A stretch of 64,000 bases of DNA from an uncultured bacterium (lineage in GTDB: Bacteria; Eisenbacteria; RBG-16-71-46; CAIMUX01; WJJG01), in the NCBI GenBank assembly GCA_964417675.1, contig CAYQJL010000282.1:1481-65480 (forward strand), written 5' to 3'. Made by a program: the position numbers and the translations under genes. Below, piece by piece: positions 12,927 through 22,993 of the stretch; position 1 is the stretch's first letter; each line of letters opens with the position of its first letter. The notes under the pieces are model-generated. The model made no database searches. It saw nothing but the letters and a program-made list of their open reading frames with translations, and was not told the DNA's origin.

Positions 12927-14630
12927 TTATTCCGATTGGATCGCGCTGATCGGGTCGAGCTGAGAGGCCTTCCATGCCGGGTACAGGGTGGCCAGCGCGG
13001 CAATCAGGGAAACGGCTCCCACGACCAACCCCACGTCGCCGGCCTGCACATCGACCGGTAGCGTATCGATGAAGTAGACATCCGCCGGTAGCCGGATGAA
13101 CTCGTAACGTTCCAGCAGATGGCACAGCAGCAGTCCGATCCCGGCCCCCATGGCGGTGCCGCTGAAGGCCATGACCCACCCCTCCAGCACAAAGATCCGC
13201 AGGATCGCCATCGAGGTGGCCCCCATCGCTTTCAGGATTCCGATCTCCCGGCGCTTCTCCATCACCACCATGATCAGCGAGCTCGCGATATTGAATCCGG
13301 CCACCAGGATGATCATGGTCAGGATCACGAACATCGCCCGCTTCTCGGTCTGCATCCACTCAAACAGATTCCGATTCAGGTCGATCCAGTTGTTGGCCCG
13401 ATAGGGAAACCCACCCAAGGAGGCCACGATCTCGTCGGCCACCCCGGCGGCGCGGTCCATGTCGGCGATCTTGATCTCGATCGCCGTCGCGCGCCCCTCC
13501 TCGAGACCAAAGAAGGAACCTGCTTCCGCGATGTCGACAAACGCCATGCTCGCGTCGAACTCGTACATGCCCGAATCGAAGAAGCCGGTGCACACGAACC
13601 GCCGCATGCGCGGCACGAAGCCCATGGGCGTCCGCCGTGATTCGGCCGGGCTGACCAGCAGCACCTCATCGCCCATGAAAAGGCTCATGTTCTCCGCGAT
13701 GTGCTTGCCCAGGATGATCCCTGGAAGAAGATCCTCCGTGCGCGCGAGCCGCGGCGGACCGCCCGACGTGCGCACGAAGGCCTCGAGCGCGGTGACCTCC
13801 TTGGAATCCTCCCAGGCAATGCCCTGGATGATGGCGCCCTCGGCGGCGTCCCCGGCCGATAGCATGGCCTTGCCGTAGATCATGGGCGCCGAGGCCACGA
13901 CCTGCGGGTGGGCATCGACAATCGCACCCAGGCTGTCGGGATTGGCCAGGCCCTGCGACCCGAAGCGCAGCAGGATGATGTGGGCATTGGTGCCCACGAT
14001 GCGGCTCTTGACCTCGCCGTCAAAACCGCTCAGGACCGCCAGCACGACAATGAGCGCGCAGACCCCGAGGGCGATCCCCGCCGCGGCATAGAAGGCGGTC
14101 GCCGAGTGCAGCGCCGTCTCCCGCCGGCCGAACAGGTAGCGCAACCCGACAAAGGTCACAAACCTCGCATCGGACTGGCCGCGCCCGGGCGATGTCGCCC
14201 GGGCGAATTCGGGCAGCAGCAGCCGCCACAGAACCCAGCGCAGCAGCCAGACGATCAGCAACGGCCCCACCCAGACCGGGAGTGTCACCACACCCACGGC
14301 GCCCACCAGAAAGACCACCAGACCGGGAACCCGGCGCCGCGGACCGGCCCGCGCGAGAAAGCGCCCCAATCCCATGACCAGCAGGAGCAAGCCGCGAATG
14401 CCCACCAGCATCGGAAAGAGCACCAGTCCGGGCAGGCCGATCAGCCAGGAAAGCGGACCCGCCACCAGAACCGGGCGGTGCCGCAGCTCCTCGAGCTGCT
14501 GGATCAAGCCGTCCCCGCAAAGCCGAATGGCGCCGGCCAGGAGGAACAGCGGCACCCAGACGGGGAACAACAGCACGAGCAGGATCCGCACGGCCCATCC
14601 CGGCCCAGCCGCCTGACGCGTCGTTTCCAT
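12927..14630 (-). CDS. lolC/E: LolC/LolE-family permease with extra N-terminal hydrophobic region
   Basis: GIALGVCALIVVLAVLSGF, MacB-like periplasmic domain, FNIASSL...EKRREIGILKAMGA, YPAWKAS; GGAGG RBS upstream. Confidence 0.87.
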   Translation of the reverse strand: METTRQAAGPGWAVRILLVLLFPVWVPLFLLAGAIRLCGDGLIQQLEELRHRPVLVAGPLSWLIGLPGLVLFPMLVGIRGLLLLVMGLGRFLARAGPRRRVPGLVVFLVGAVGVVTLPVWVGPLLIVWLLRWVLWRLLLPEFARATSPGRGQSDARFVTFVGLRYLFGRRETALHSATAFYAAAGIALGVCALIVVLAVLSGFDGEVKSRIVGTNAHIILLRFGSQGLANPDSLGAIVDAHPQVVASAPMIYGKAMLSAGDAAEGAIIQGIAWEDSKEVTALEAFVRTSGGPPRLARTEDLLPGIILGKHIAENMSLFMGDEVLLVSPAESRRTPMGFVPRMRRFVCTGFFDSGMYEFDASMAFVDIAEAGSFFGLEEGRATAIEIKIADMDRAAGVADEIVASLGGFPYRANNWIDLNRNLFEWMQTEKRAMFVILTMIILVAGFNIASSLIMVVMEKRREIGILKAMGATSMAILRIFVLEGWVMAFSGTAMGAGIGLLLCHLLERYEFIRLPADVYFIDTLPVDVQAGDVGLVVGAVSLIAALATLYPAWKASQLDPISAIQSE

Positions 14631-14653
14631 CGCTCTCGGGCCTCCCCTCCCGG

Positions 14654-15961
14654 CTAGCGTGCCCAGTCGCTCTTCAGGACCCTCTCGAACACCGGCGCAA
14701 GATTGCTGAAGAAGCGATCCAGGTCGAAGAGCTCATCCAGTCTCTGGAGGGAGAGATGTTCGGTCACCCTCGCCTGCTCGGCCAAGACCGCGCGCAGGGG
14801 CCTGCGCTCCTCCCAGGCCAGCATGGCGGACTGCTGCACGATGGCGTAGGCCTCCTCGCGGGAACCGAGCGCCTCGGTCAGCGCCAGCAGCACACCCTGC
14901 GAGAAGAACAGTCCGTGGCTGGCCGCGATGTTCTCCAGCATGCGCTCGGGTCTGACATCCAGACCGCCCAGCAGCTTCTCGATCAGGTGCAGTGTGTAAT
15001 CGAGCCCCGTGAACGCATCCGGGAGAATCACGCGCTCGGCGCTCGAGTGGCTGATGTCCCGCTCGTGCCACAGCACGACATTCTCATAGGCCACCGCGAC
15101 CTGTCCCCGTAACAGGCGCGCCAGGCCACTGACCCGCTCACACAGAATCGGATTGCGCTTGTGAGGCATGGCCGAGGAACCTTTCTGGCCGCGCGCGAAC
15201 GGTTCGTAGGCCTCACCCACTTCGGTTCGCTGCAGATGGCGGATCTCCACGGCGATCTTCTCACAGCTCGTGGCGATCAGCGCCAGAACGGCCACCAGAT
15301 GGGCATGCCGATCGCGTTGCACGATCTGGGACGACACCGGCGCCGCACGCAGTCCCAGAAGCTGGCAGGCGCGCGCTTCGACCTCGGGGGGCAGGTGGGC
15401 AAAGCTCCCCACCGCTCCCGAGAACTTGCCCACGGCAATCCCCTGCTTGGCCGCCGCAAGCCGTTCGGCCTGACGCTCCATCTCCTGAAACCAGATCAGC
15501 GCCTTCAGGCCGAAGGGAATCGGCTCGGCGTGCACGCCGTGGGTGCGTCCCATCATGGGCGTGTGTTCATGCCGCCGGGCCAGGCCGCGCAAGAGACGTC
15601 CCACCGTGACCAGGCGCGCGTCGATCAGTTCGCAGGCTTTGACCAGGATCGTCGCCAGGGAGGTATCCAGCAGGTCGGAGGAGGTCATCCCGCGGTGCAG
15701 GTAGGCCTTCTCCTCGCCGAGCGACTCGCCCAGGTTGGTCAGAAAGGCGATGACATCGTGGTGTGTTTCGGCCTCGATCGCCTGAATCCGCGCGATCTCG
15801 AAATGCGCATTCTGTCGCATGGCCGCGGCCGTCCCCGACGGAATCGTACCAAGCTCTTCCATCGCCTGGGCGGCCGCGAGTTCCACCGCCAGCCAAGCGT
15901 CGTAGCGCGCCTGGTCGGTCCACAAGGCGCCCATCCCCGGAAGGGTGTACCGTTCGATCAT
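14654..15961 (-). CDS. purB: Adenylosuccinate lyase
   Basis: MIERY start, HDVIAF, GRTHGVHAEP, GSSAMPHKRNP. Confidence 0.95.
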   Translation of the reverse strand: MIERYTLPGMGALWTDQARYDAWLAVELAAAQAMEELGTIPSGTAAAMRQNAHFEIARIQAIEAETHHDVIAFLTNLGESLGEEKAYLHRGMTSSDLLDTSLATILVKACELIDARLVTVGRLLRGLARRHEHTPMMGRTHGVHAEPIPFGLKALIWFQEMERQAERLAAAKQGIAVGKFSGAVGSFAHLPPEVEARACQLLGLRAAPVSSQIVQRDRHAHLVAVLALIATSCEKIAVEIRHLQRTEVGEAYEPFARGQKGSSAMPHKRNPILCERVSGLARLLRGQVAVAYENVVLWHERDISHSSAERVILPDAFTGLDYTLHLIEKLLGGLDVRPERMLENIAASHGLFFSQGVLLALTEALGSREEAYAIVQQSAMLAWEERRPLRAVLAEQARVTEHLSLQRLDELFDLDRFFSNLAPVFERVLKSDWAR

Positions 15962-15993
15962 AGCTTCCCTGCTTGGCGGGGACAGGACCCGCC

Positions 15994-17412
15994 CTAGTTG
16001 TTTGGATTCTCGATCAGGAGGAGCGCGGCATCCCAGCGCTCCCCGTCCCGTTCGAGTGTGAGGGTGATCGTATCGCCGATGGTGGCGCCGAAGATCTTGC
16101 GCTGGGCCTGGGAGGCGCGATCGACCGGCACGCCGTTGACCTGCCGGATGATGTCGCCCACCTCGATGCCCGCCTGCGCCGCCGGACTGCCCTCTTCGAT
16201 GCCCCACACCAACAACCCCTGCCGGTCGCGGATGCGGAAATAGTTGGCGACTGTCTGCGTGATCTCCTGAACCCGAATGCCGATCCAGACCTGCCGGACA
16301 CGGCCATACTCGAGAATCTCGCGCGTCACGCGGATGACGGTGTTGATCGGAATCGCGAAGCCGATGCCAAGACTGCCACCCCCCGTGCTGAAGATGAAGG
16401 TGTTGATCCCGATGACCTCGCCCATGGCGTTGACCAGCGGTCCGCCGCTGTTGCCCGGGTTGATGGCCGCATCGGTCTGAATCATGTCCTTGTAGATGGC
16501 CGCGCTCTCATTGTCCGGCTTCACGTCGCGCTTCGTGGCGCTGATCACCCCCACGCTGACCGTCGGCTGGTAGTCGTTGAGGAGGAAGCCGAAGGGATTC
16601 CCCAGCCCAATGGCCCACTCGCCCACCAGCAGGTCATCGGAGCTGCCCACCTCGGCAACCGGCAGGTCGTCTCCGTCAATCCGCAGCACCGCCAGATCGT
16701 AGGCCCGGTCGGCGCCCACGAGATTGGCCTCGTAGGAACGCCCGTCGGGCAGGGTCACATGGATCTCCTTCGCATCCCGCACGACATGCTCGTTGGTGAC
16801 GACAATGCCGCGTGGATCGATGATGACGCCCGAGCCGATGCTCGAGATCTCCTGGCCGCGCAGATAGCCCGGGTAGAATCGATTGAAGAATCGCTCAAAC
16901 GGATCACCCCGCCCGGCGGCGAATGGACTCTCGCGCACCAGGCGAATCTGGGTGACGCTGATCGAGACCACCGCACCTCCCACGCGCTCCGCCGCCTCCA
17001 CGATCGCCGTCCGACGCCCGCCGGCCAGGGCACCCTGCACCGCGGCCAACGACTCGCCGGCGCCGCGCGGCCGGCTTACCACGCTCAGGTCGCCGTCCTC
17101 CCAAGCCGCCGGGGCCTCCTCGCGGGCGGCCGGCGCCCGGCCGCCGGCCGATTCCGATCGGGACCCGCGCCCCCCCGGGAAATCTGCCTGGCGCGGATCG
17201 TCCGAAGCCTGGGGGGAAGCATCCCGCACACCCACCCCGGGATCCCCGATCGGATCGTCCACCATGCTGGTGACGGTCTCGCGCGCTCCGTTGGAGGACA
17301 CGAGCCGGTACACCACCCCGGCCCCTACCAGCGTCAGAAGGATGAGGATTGCCAGCAAAAGACCGGCGTGTGCCCGGCCGCGCTCACCTGAGCGGGAATC
17401 TGCTTCTTGCAC
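15994..17412 (-). CDS. HtrA/DegP-like serine protease with N-terminal TM and one PDZ domain
   Basis: TNEHVV, DLAVL, QTDAAINPGNSGGP; GTG start after an AGGGAGG RBS. Confidence 0.9.
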   Translation of the reverse strand: MQEADSRSGERGRAHAGLLLAILILLTLVGAGVVYRLVSSNGARETVTSMVDDPIGDPGVGVRDASPQASDDPRQADFPGGRGSRSESAGGRAPAAREEAPAAWEDGDLSVVSRPRGAGESLAAVQGALAGGRRTAIVEAAERVGGAVVSISVTQIRLVRESPFAAGRGDPFERFFNRFYPGYLRGQEISSIGSGVIIDPRGIVVTNEHVVRDAKEIHVTLPDGRSYEANLVGADRAYDLAVLRIDGDDLPVAEVGSSDDLLVGEWAIGLGNPFGFLLNDYQPTVSVGVISATKRDVKPDNESAAIYKDMIQTDAAINPGNSGGPLVNAMGEVIGINTFIFSTGGGSLGIGFAIPINTVIRVTREILEYGRVRQVWIGIRVQEITQTVANYFRIRDRQGLLVWGIEEGSPAAQAGIEVGDIIRQVNGVPVDRASQAQRKIFGATIGDTITLTLERDGERWDAALLLIENPNN

Positions 17413-17484
17413 CTCGCTATCCTCCCTGCTTCCGGAACTCCTGCCCAATCAGGCCATGCCTGCGATCCTGAGGCTCACGGCGGG

Positions 17485-18132
17485 CTACTTCTGGGGCACG
17501 TCCCTCCAGGCGGCGAGGAACGATTCCACGCCCCGGTCGGTGAGGGGATGTTTGAACATCGCCTTGAGTACCTTGGTCGGAACCGTCGCGATGTCGGCTC
17601 CCAGCAGCGCCGACTGGGTGACGTGCAACGGATGGCGCACGCTGGCCACGATCACCTCCGTATCAAAGTCGTAGGCGGAGTACACCTCGAGAATCTGCTC
17701 GACCACGTCCATGCCGTCGTGGCCGATGTCGTCGAGGCGTCCGACGAAGGGACTGACATAGCGCGCGCCGGCCTTGGCCGCCAGGAGGGCCTGATTGGCG
17801 CTGAAGATCAGGGTTACATTGCTGGGGATGCCTTCACTCTTCAGGAGTGAAACCGCCCGCATCCCGTCCGGGGTCATCGGGATCTTCACAATCACATTGT
17901 CGGCGATCCCGGCCAGTTCGCGCCCCTCGGCCAGCATGCCTTCCCACTGCTCGGCCACCACCTCGGCGCTGACCGGCCCCGAGACCATGGCGCAGATCTC
18001 CCGGATGACCTCCCGGTAGGGAGCGTTGGCGACCTTCAGCAGGGAAGGGTTGGTGGTCACCCCGTCAACCACCCCCCACTGCACCATTTCGCGGATCTCG
18101 TCCCTGATCGCAGTATCCAGGAAGATCTTCAT
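17485..18132 (-). CDS. fsa: Transaldolase / fructose-6-phosphate aldolase family
   Basis: [34 protein letters not shown]. Confidence 0.9.
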   Translation of the reverse strand: MKIFLDTAIRDEIREMVQWGVVDGVTTNPSLLKVANAPYREVIREICAMVSGPVSAEVVAEQWEGMLAEGRELAGIADNVIVKIPMTPDGMRAVSLLKSEGIPSNVTLIFSANQALLAAKAGARYVSPFVGRLDDIGHDGMDVVEQILEVYSAYDFDTEVIVASVRHPLHVTQSALLGADIATVPTKVLKAMFKHPLTDRGVESFLAAWRDVPQK

Positions 18133-18226
18133 CGCCGGCATCCCTCCCGATGGTTCCGATCTGCTACACACGCAAGCCTACGGGGAATGGGACCCGCCAG
18201 GCCGGCCTCGAGCCGTGAAGCGGCGA

Positions 18227-19018
18227 CTATAGCACAGGGCCCGGGGGCAGGCAATCGGGCCCCCAGGAGCGGGCCCGCGACTCCTCGTAGTCTACCGCGA
18301 GCAGATGAACCCCTTGTGGGGGCGCCACATGCCGGGAGTGGGGCTGGCCCGGCTCGAGCAGGCCCGCGAAGGCCTCCGGGGAGAGCTCGCCGTTGCCGAC
18401 CGCCAGCAACTGCGCCACGAGGCAGCGCACCATCTTGTACAGAAAGCGAACCGCCCCCACGCGAAAGACGAGCCCGCGTTCCCAGGGATCCCAGCGGGCA
18501 TAGAACAGGCGCGAACGCGAGCCCTCCTGTTCATGGCTCCGCAGGCAGACCGCGGCGAAGTCATGCTCTCCGATCAACGGCGCGCAGGCCGCGTTCATCC
18601 GCGCCGCATCCGGGAAGCGCGGTGGGCGATAGGCCCGCCGATCCCAGAGCGCCGAGCGCTCGCGGAGCAGCAGGTAGCAGTAATGCCGGCCCCGGGCGCT
18701 ATGGCGGGCATGGAATCCCTCGGGGACCTGTTCGGCCGCCAGGATGCGGACGTCCCGCCCGGTCAGCGCATTGACGCCGTGCCGCAGGGCGTCGGGGGCC
18801 AGGTTCGTGGGCGTCGTGAAACTCGCGACCTGTCCGAGGGCATGCACGCCCGCGTCGGTGCGCCCCGCCCCATGGATGGGAATGTGCCGGCCGTGCATCC
18901 GTTCCAGGGCCGCTTCGATCTCGCCCTGGACCGTGCGCCGCTGCGGTTGGCGCTGCCACCCCGCGAAATCGGTCCCGTCGTACTCGAGGGTGAAGCGAAT
19001 GCAGCGGCCCGGGCTCAT
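18227..19018 (-). CDS. truA: tRNA pseudouridine(38-40) synthase
   Basis: YDGTDFAGWQ, GRTDAGVHA, FHAR, FLYKMVR. Confidence 0.93.
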   Translation of the reverse strand: MSPGRCIRFTLEYDGTDFAGWQRQPQRRTVQGEIEAALERMHGRHIPIHGAGRTDAGVHALGQVASFTTPTNLAPDALRHGVNALTGRDVRILAAEQVPEGFHARHSARGRHYCYLLLRERSALWDRRAYRPPRFPDAARMNAACAPLIGEHDFAAVCLRSHEQEGSRSRLFYARWDPWERGLVFRVGAVRFLYKMVRCLVAQLLAVGNGELSPEAFAGLLEPGQPHSRHVAPPQGVHLLAVDYEESRARSWGPDCLPPGPVL

Positions 19019-19653
19019 GCGCGGTCATCTCCCTGTCCATCCCACCGTGACCGGCACAGGGCCAGCATCAAGAAGTAGCGTTGCGCCGGCCGCCAGCGTT
19101 CAATGCCGATCCCGCGCTGGCCGAAGAGGTGGTGGTCGAATCGAGCACCCAGCATAGCCTCGAACTCCTCGCGGCGCAGCTGGAAGTGGTGGTGGGGCTG
19201 CCGGGTCGGCTGGTGGCGGCCCAAACCCAGCGGGGTCGATACCAGGAGCCATCCTCCCGGCGCAAGGCAGTAGTCCAGTTGGCGCAACAGCCGCTCCGGT
19301 TCCGGCAGATGCTCGAGCACCTCCAGGCAAGCGATCCCGTCAAAACGACCCAGCCCATGCAGCCGGCTGGACAGAAGGTCCTCGCACATGTAGCGAATCC
19401 GCCCATCGCAGTAGTAGCGCTGGCTCCAGGCCACGGCGCGCGCATCGGCATCCACCCCCACCACCTCCGTGACGCCGGGCTGCACGGCCAGCATCAGGCT
19501 GCCATAGCCGGTTCCGCTCCCGGCATCCAGGATGCGCCCGCGCAGCATCTCGGCCGCGAATCGATACCGGGCGATGTGCTCGCGAATCCAGCCGTGGGTG
19601 AGATGCCGGTGCATCGGCTCGATGCGTTCGAGAAACCACGGATCCTGAGCCAT
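19015..19653 (-). CDS. Class I SAM-dependent methyltransferase
   Basis: EHIARY, ILDAGSGTGYG, LEVLEHL, LAPGG...STP; translationally coupled to truA. Confidence 0.82.
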   Translation of the reverse strand: MAQDPWFLERIEPMHRHLTHGWIREHIARYRFAAEMLRGRILDAGSGTGYGSLMLAVQPGVTEVVGVDADARAVAWSQRYYCDGRIRYMCEDLLSSRLHGLGRFDGIACLEVLEHLPEPERLLRQLDYCLAPGGWLLVSTPLGLGRHQPTRQPHHHFQLRREEFEAMLGARFDHHLFGQRGIGIERWRPAQRYFLMLALCRSRWDGQGDDRA

Positions 19654-19659
19654 GGCGGA

Positions 19660-21003
19660 TCAACCCAGGGAGCGGGCCTGCCCGGCGCCCGTTTCCAGCG
19701 CCCGCAGGAGCAACCCCTTGAGATACTCGCCCTGAGGATGGTCGAGGTGAACCGGGTGATCCGGCCCCGGCCCCAGCCGGCGCAGCCACTGCAGGGGACG
19801 CTGGGCATCCACCGAGGCGCCAAAGATGATCTTCTGGAACAGGTCCGGATCGATGTGCTGCGAGCAGGAGAATGTCGCCAGAAATCCCCCGGGCTTCAGA
19901 CGCTTCATTGCCCAGAGGTTCACATCCTTGTAGGCGCGGGCCGCCTTCTCCACCTGGCGCCGCTCCTTGGCAAAGGCCGGGGGATCCACGATGATCAGAT
20001 CGAAGCTGTCGCTGGTCTGCCGCAGGAACTCCTGCGCGGTACCTCCCACGGTGGTGAGTTGCTCGGCCGCAAGCCCGTTCAGTTCCCAGTTCATGGCGAG
20101 CAGCTCGCGCGCGGGCGTGCTGGTCTCGACGGCCACCATGCGCCGCACCCCCCCCTCGGCACCCGCGTAGACACTGAACCCCCCCGAGTACGCAAAGAGA
20201 TTGAGCACCTCGCCGCCGGGAACCAGCCGGGCCAGCAGGCGCCGGTTCTCGCGCTGATCCAGATAGAAGCCGGTCTTCTGACCCGTGCGCAGATCGACCC
20301 GGAAGCGATGGCCGCCCTCGCGGATGACCAGATCCACCGGTGGCTCGGCCCCATGGAGCACCTGATCGGTGCGGTGCAGGTTCTGGTCACGGCGCGCCCT
20401 GCGGCTGCGCTCGAGCACACCGGCGGGGGCCAGCTGCGCGACCAACGCCGGCAACCAGAGTGATTCCATGCGCGACATGCCCGCCGCCATGCACTGCACG
20501 ACCAGATACTCGCCGTAGCGATCGACGATGAGCCCGGAGAGACCGTCTCCCTCACCATGCACCAGCCGGTAGCTGTCGGTGTCGCTGGGCACCATCCGTT
20601 CGCGCAGGGTCAGCGCCTGGGCAAAGCGGGCCTCAAACCACGCGCGCGTGATCTCACCCGGGGCGAACTGCAGGAATCGCACGGCCAGCGGCGTCTCGAC
20701 ATTGACCATGGCCAGTCCCAACCACTCGCCTTGTGACGTCAGCACCTCCCCGAGGTCACCCGGTTGAGCATCTTCGTACCCTTCGACACTCTCGATCGAA
20801 CTCGCGAAGATCCATGGATGCCGCATACGGGCGGCCCGCTCCCGGCCCGGCTTCAGCAGGACGCGGTAGCGCACCGGCGCCACGTCGGCCTGGATCGATC
20901 CGGGTGCGGAGCTCTCGTCCGTGGGTGCGTCCGAATCGGCGGCCGCATGCTTGGCCCGGTCCGGGTCCGGCCTGCCGGTCGCGGGCTTCTCTTCATCGGT
21001 CAT
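19660..21003 (-). CDS. rlmI: RlmI/RlmK-family rRNA methyltransferase
   Basis: HPWIF (PUA domain), EGDGLSGLIVDRY, GQKTGFYLDQRENR, DPPAF, EYLKG; AGGAGG RBS. Confidence 0.85.
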   Translation of the reverse strand: MTDEEKPATGRPDPDRAKHAAADSDAPTDESSAPGSIQADVAPVRYRVLLKPGRERAARMRHPWIFASSIESVEGYEDAQPGDLGEVLTSQGEWLGLAMVNVETPLAVRFLQFAPGEITRAWFEARFAQALTLRERMVPSDTDSYRLVHGEGDGLSGLIVDRYGEYLVVQCMAAGMSRMESLWLPALVAQLAPAGVLERSRRARRDQNLHRTDQVLHGAEPPVDLVIREGGHRFRVDLRTGQKTGFYLDQRENRRLLARLVPGGEVLNLFAYSGGFSVYAGAEGGVRRMVAVETSTPARELLAMNWELNGLAAEQLTTVGGTAQEFLRQTSDSFDLIIVDPPAFAKERRQVEKAARAYKDVNLWAMKRLKPGGFLATFSCSQHIDPDLFQKIIFGASVDAQRPLQWLRRLGPGPDHPVHLDHPQGEYLKGLLLRALETGAGQARSLG

Positions 21004-22636
21004 CGACAGTTCCTCCTGCGCGGCCGCGGCGCAACCACACGACGCCGGCCGAGGCAATGAGCAACAGTACGATCCAGGCGTCCCCAATGCGAGTGGCAAA
21101 GCTGCCCCCCGCCCGAGGAGTGATCTGTGCGGTGAAGGCGGTTCGTTCGAAGAGGCCGGTTTCGTGGGTCACACGCCCGTAGGCATCGGCGGCGAAGCTG
21201 ATGCCGGTGTTGGCGCAGCGCACCATCGGCACCCGGTTCTCTACACAGCGCAGAATGGCCATATCGGCGTGCTGCCGGGGTCCCGCCGTCCGTTCGAACC
21301 AGAAGTCGTTGGTGATGTTGACCAGCAGCTCGGCCCCCGCCCGCACCATCGTCCGGGGCAGGTCGGGAAAGGCTGCCTCGAAGCAGATCAGGCACCCCAC
21401 CCGCGTGGAATCGACCTCGAGCAGCGCGGGCCGCGTGCCGGGGAAGAAGTTCGACTGCCCGAAATCGATGCTGCGGATCCAGGGGGCGATCTTCTGCAGC
21501 GGCATTCGCTCACTGAACGGCACCAGGCGGATCTTCCGATACGGTGAGGAGAAGCTGCCGTCGGGCCGGGCCACGAGAGCCGAGTTGTGCGCCACCCATT
21601 CGCGCTGATCACCGATCCGAGCCCAGTAGCCCTCCTGCGTCCCCAGCAAGATGGGCCGGCCGGCCTCGCCGGCCAGCATGCGCACCCGCCCCAGAGCGTA
21701 CGGATCATCGAGCAGGCGCGTGGGAAGCACCGTCTCGGGCCACACGATCCAATCGAAGCCCCCCGCTTCCCGGAAGCGCCCCACGGCCCGCTGCCCGTGG
21801 CTGACCACCGTGTCGATCACCTCCTCGCGCCGCTCCGGTTTCCATTTGATCTCCCGCCGCACGTCGGGCTGGATCACCAGGACCCGCTCGACCGCGCGCG
21901 ACGCCTCCCGGACCCCGCCGGGCGCCGGCGGGGGGGCCGTGACGCCGGGGAGTTCGGGAACCAGCCAGATCCCGTGCAGCCAGGCCGCGCTCACCAGGAG
22001 GGGGGCGGCGATCCAGCCGGGCCGCCAGCCGCGTACAGCGCCGGCCAGGCACCCGCCCACGGCCAGGATTCCAAAGTACAGCCCCCAGAACCCCCACACG
22101 GATGCGCTCTGCAGGAGCGGGTTGACCCTCGCGAGCGCATAGGGCGCACCGCCCCAGGTCACCCCCAACGGGCCGAGCGAGCGAAGGTACTCGGCCAGCG
22201 TCCAGCAGATCGGGCCCCAGAAGGCGGCCGAGAGACCCGTCCGCCGCGCCAGGAAGGTCGAGAACAGCGCGGCGAGGCCGAAGAATAGGCCCAGGTAGGC
22301 GCCCAGCAACAGCAACGCTGGGACCATCAGGCCATCGATGGTGACCTCCTCGTTCGAGAGTGCCACCAGCCAGTGCAGGATACCGACGAAGGCAACGATC
22401 CCCATGGTCCATCCTTGCAGGAAGCGGCCATGCCAGCTCCGGCGGCCGCTTCCCGAAAGGGGGCCGGGCCGGTCCAGGGAGTACCACAGGGGCACCCACG
22501 CCACGAGGCTCAGCGGCCACAGGTGCAACGGGGGAAAGGCCAGGGCCAGCAAGAGGCCTCCCACGGCCGGCCAGGCCAAGCCGCGCCATGGGGAGGGGAG
22601 CGTTTCCGGCGGAAGCGGACGCGCATTCGAAGGCAT
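20993..22636 (-). CDS. lnt: Apolipoprotein N-acyltransferase
   Basis: Multiple TM segments; nitrilase triad motifs WPET, KIRLVPFSE and ICFE; NITNDFWF, ANTGIS. Confidence 0.92.
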   Translation of the reverse strand: MPSNARPLPPETLPSPWRGLAWPAVGGLLLALAFPPLHLWPLSLVAWVPLWYSLDRPGPLSGSGRRSWHGRFLQGWTMGIVAFVGILHWLVALSNEEVTIDGLMVPALLLLGAYLGLFFGLAALFSTFLARRTGLSAAFWGPICWTLAEYLRSLGPLGVTWGGAPYALARVNPLLQSASVWGFWGLYFGILAVGGCLAGAVRGWRPGWIAAPLLVSAAWLHGIWLVPELPGVTAPPPAPGGVREASRAVERVLVIQPDVRREIKWKPERREEVIDTVVSHGQRAVGRFREAGGFDWIVWPETVLPTRLLDDPYALGRVRMLAGEAGRPILLGTQEGYWARIGDQREWVAHNSALVARPDGSFSSPYRKIRLVPFSERMPLQKIAPWIRSIDFGQSNFFPGTRPALLEVDSTRVGCLICFEAAFPDLPRTMVRAGAELLVNITNDFWFERTAGPRQHADMAILRCVENRVPMVRCANTGISFAADAYGRVTHETGLFERTAFTAQITPRAGGSFATRIGDAWIVLLLIASAGVVWLRRGRAGGTVDDR

Positions 22637-22665
22637 TGACTTTGGAACCTCCCCTTTGCTACATT
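22636..22665 (+). promoter_or_regulatory. Sigma-70-type promoter of rpsT
   Basis: TTGACT-N18-TACATT with extended TG; the -35 box overlaps the divergent lnt start codon. Confidence 0.65.
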
Positions 22666-22729
22666 CGCCGGCTAGTCTGTTGTTCGGGCACAAACCCTGC
22701 CCGGAGGCGAGGAAAGGAGCGACCGAAGC

Positions 22730-22993
22730 ATGCCACAGCACAAGTCTGCGTGGAAGAGAATGCGTACCAGCGCCAAGCAGCGCACCTACAATCGGGGTAT
22801 CCGCAGCCAGGTTCGCAAGGTCTTGCGCCAATACCGCGAGGCAACCACCGAGGAGAAGGCCGCCTTGCTGTCCAGCACGGTGTCGACCATCGACAACGCC
22901 GTCCGCAAGGGGGTCATGAAGAATGCCACGGCCGACCGCGTCAAATCGCGCCTGGCCAAGCAGCTCAACCGCGAGCGCGCTGCCAGCGCCTAG
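22730..22993 (+). CDS. rpsT: 30S ribosomal protein S20
   Basis: MPQHKSAWKRMR...YNR...KGVMKNATADRVKSRL; AAGGAG RBS. Confidence 0.95.
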   Translation: MPQHKSAWKRMRTSAKQRTYNRGIRSQVRKVLRQYREATTEEKAALLSSTVSTIDNAVRKGVMKNATADRVKSRLAKQLNRERAASA

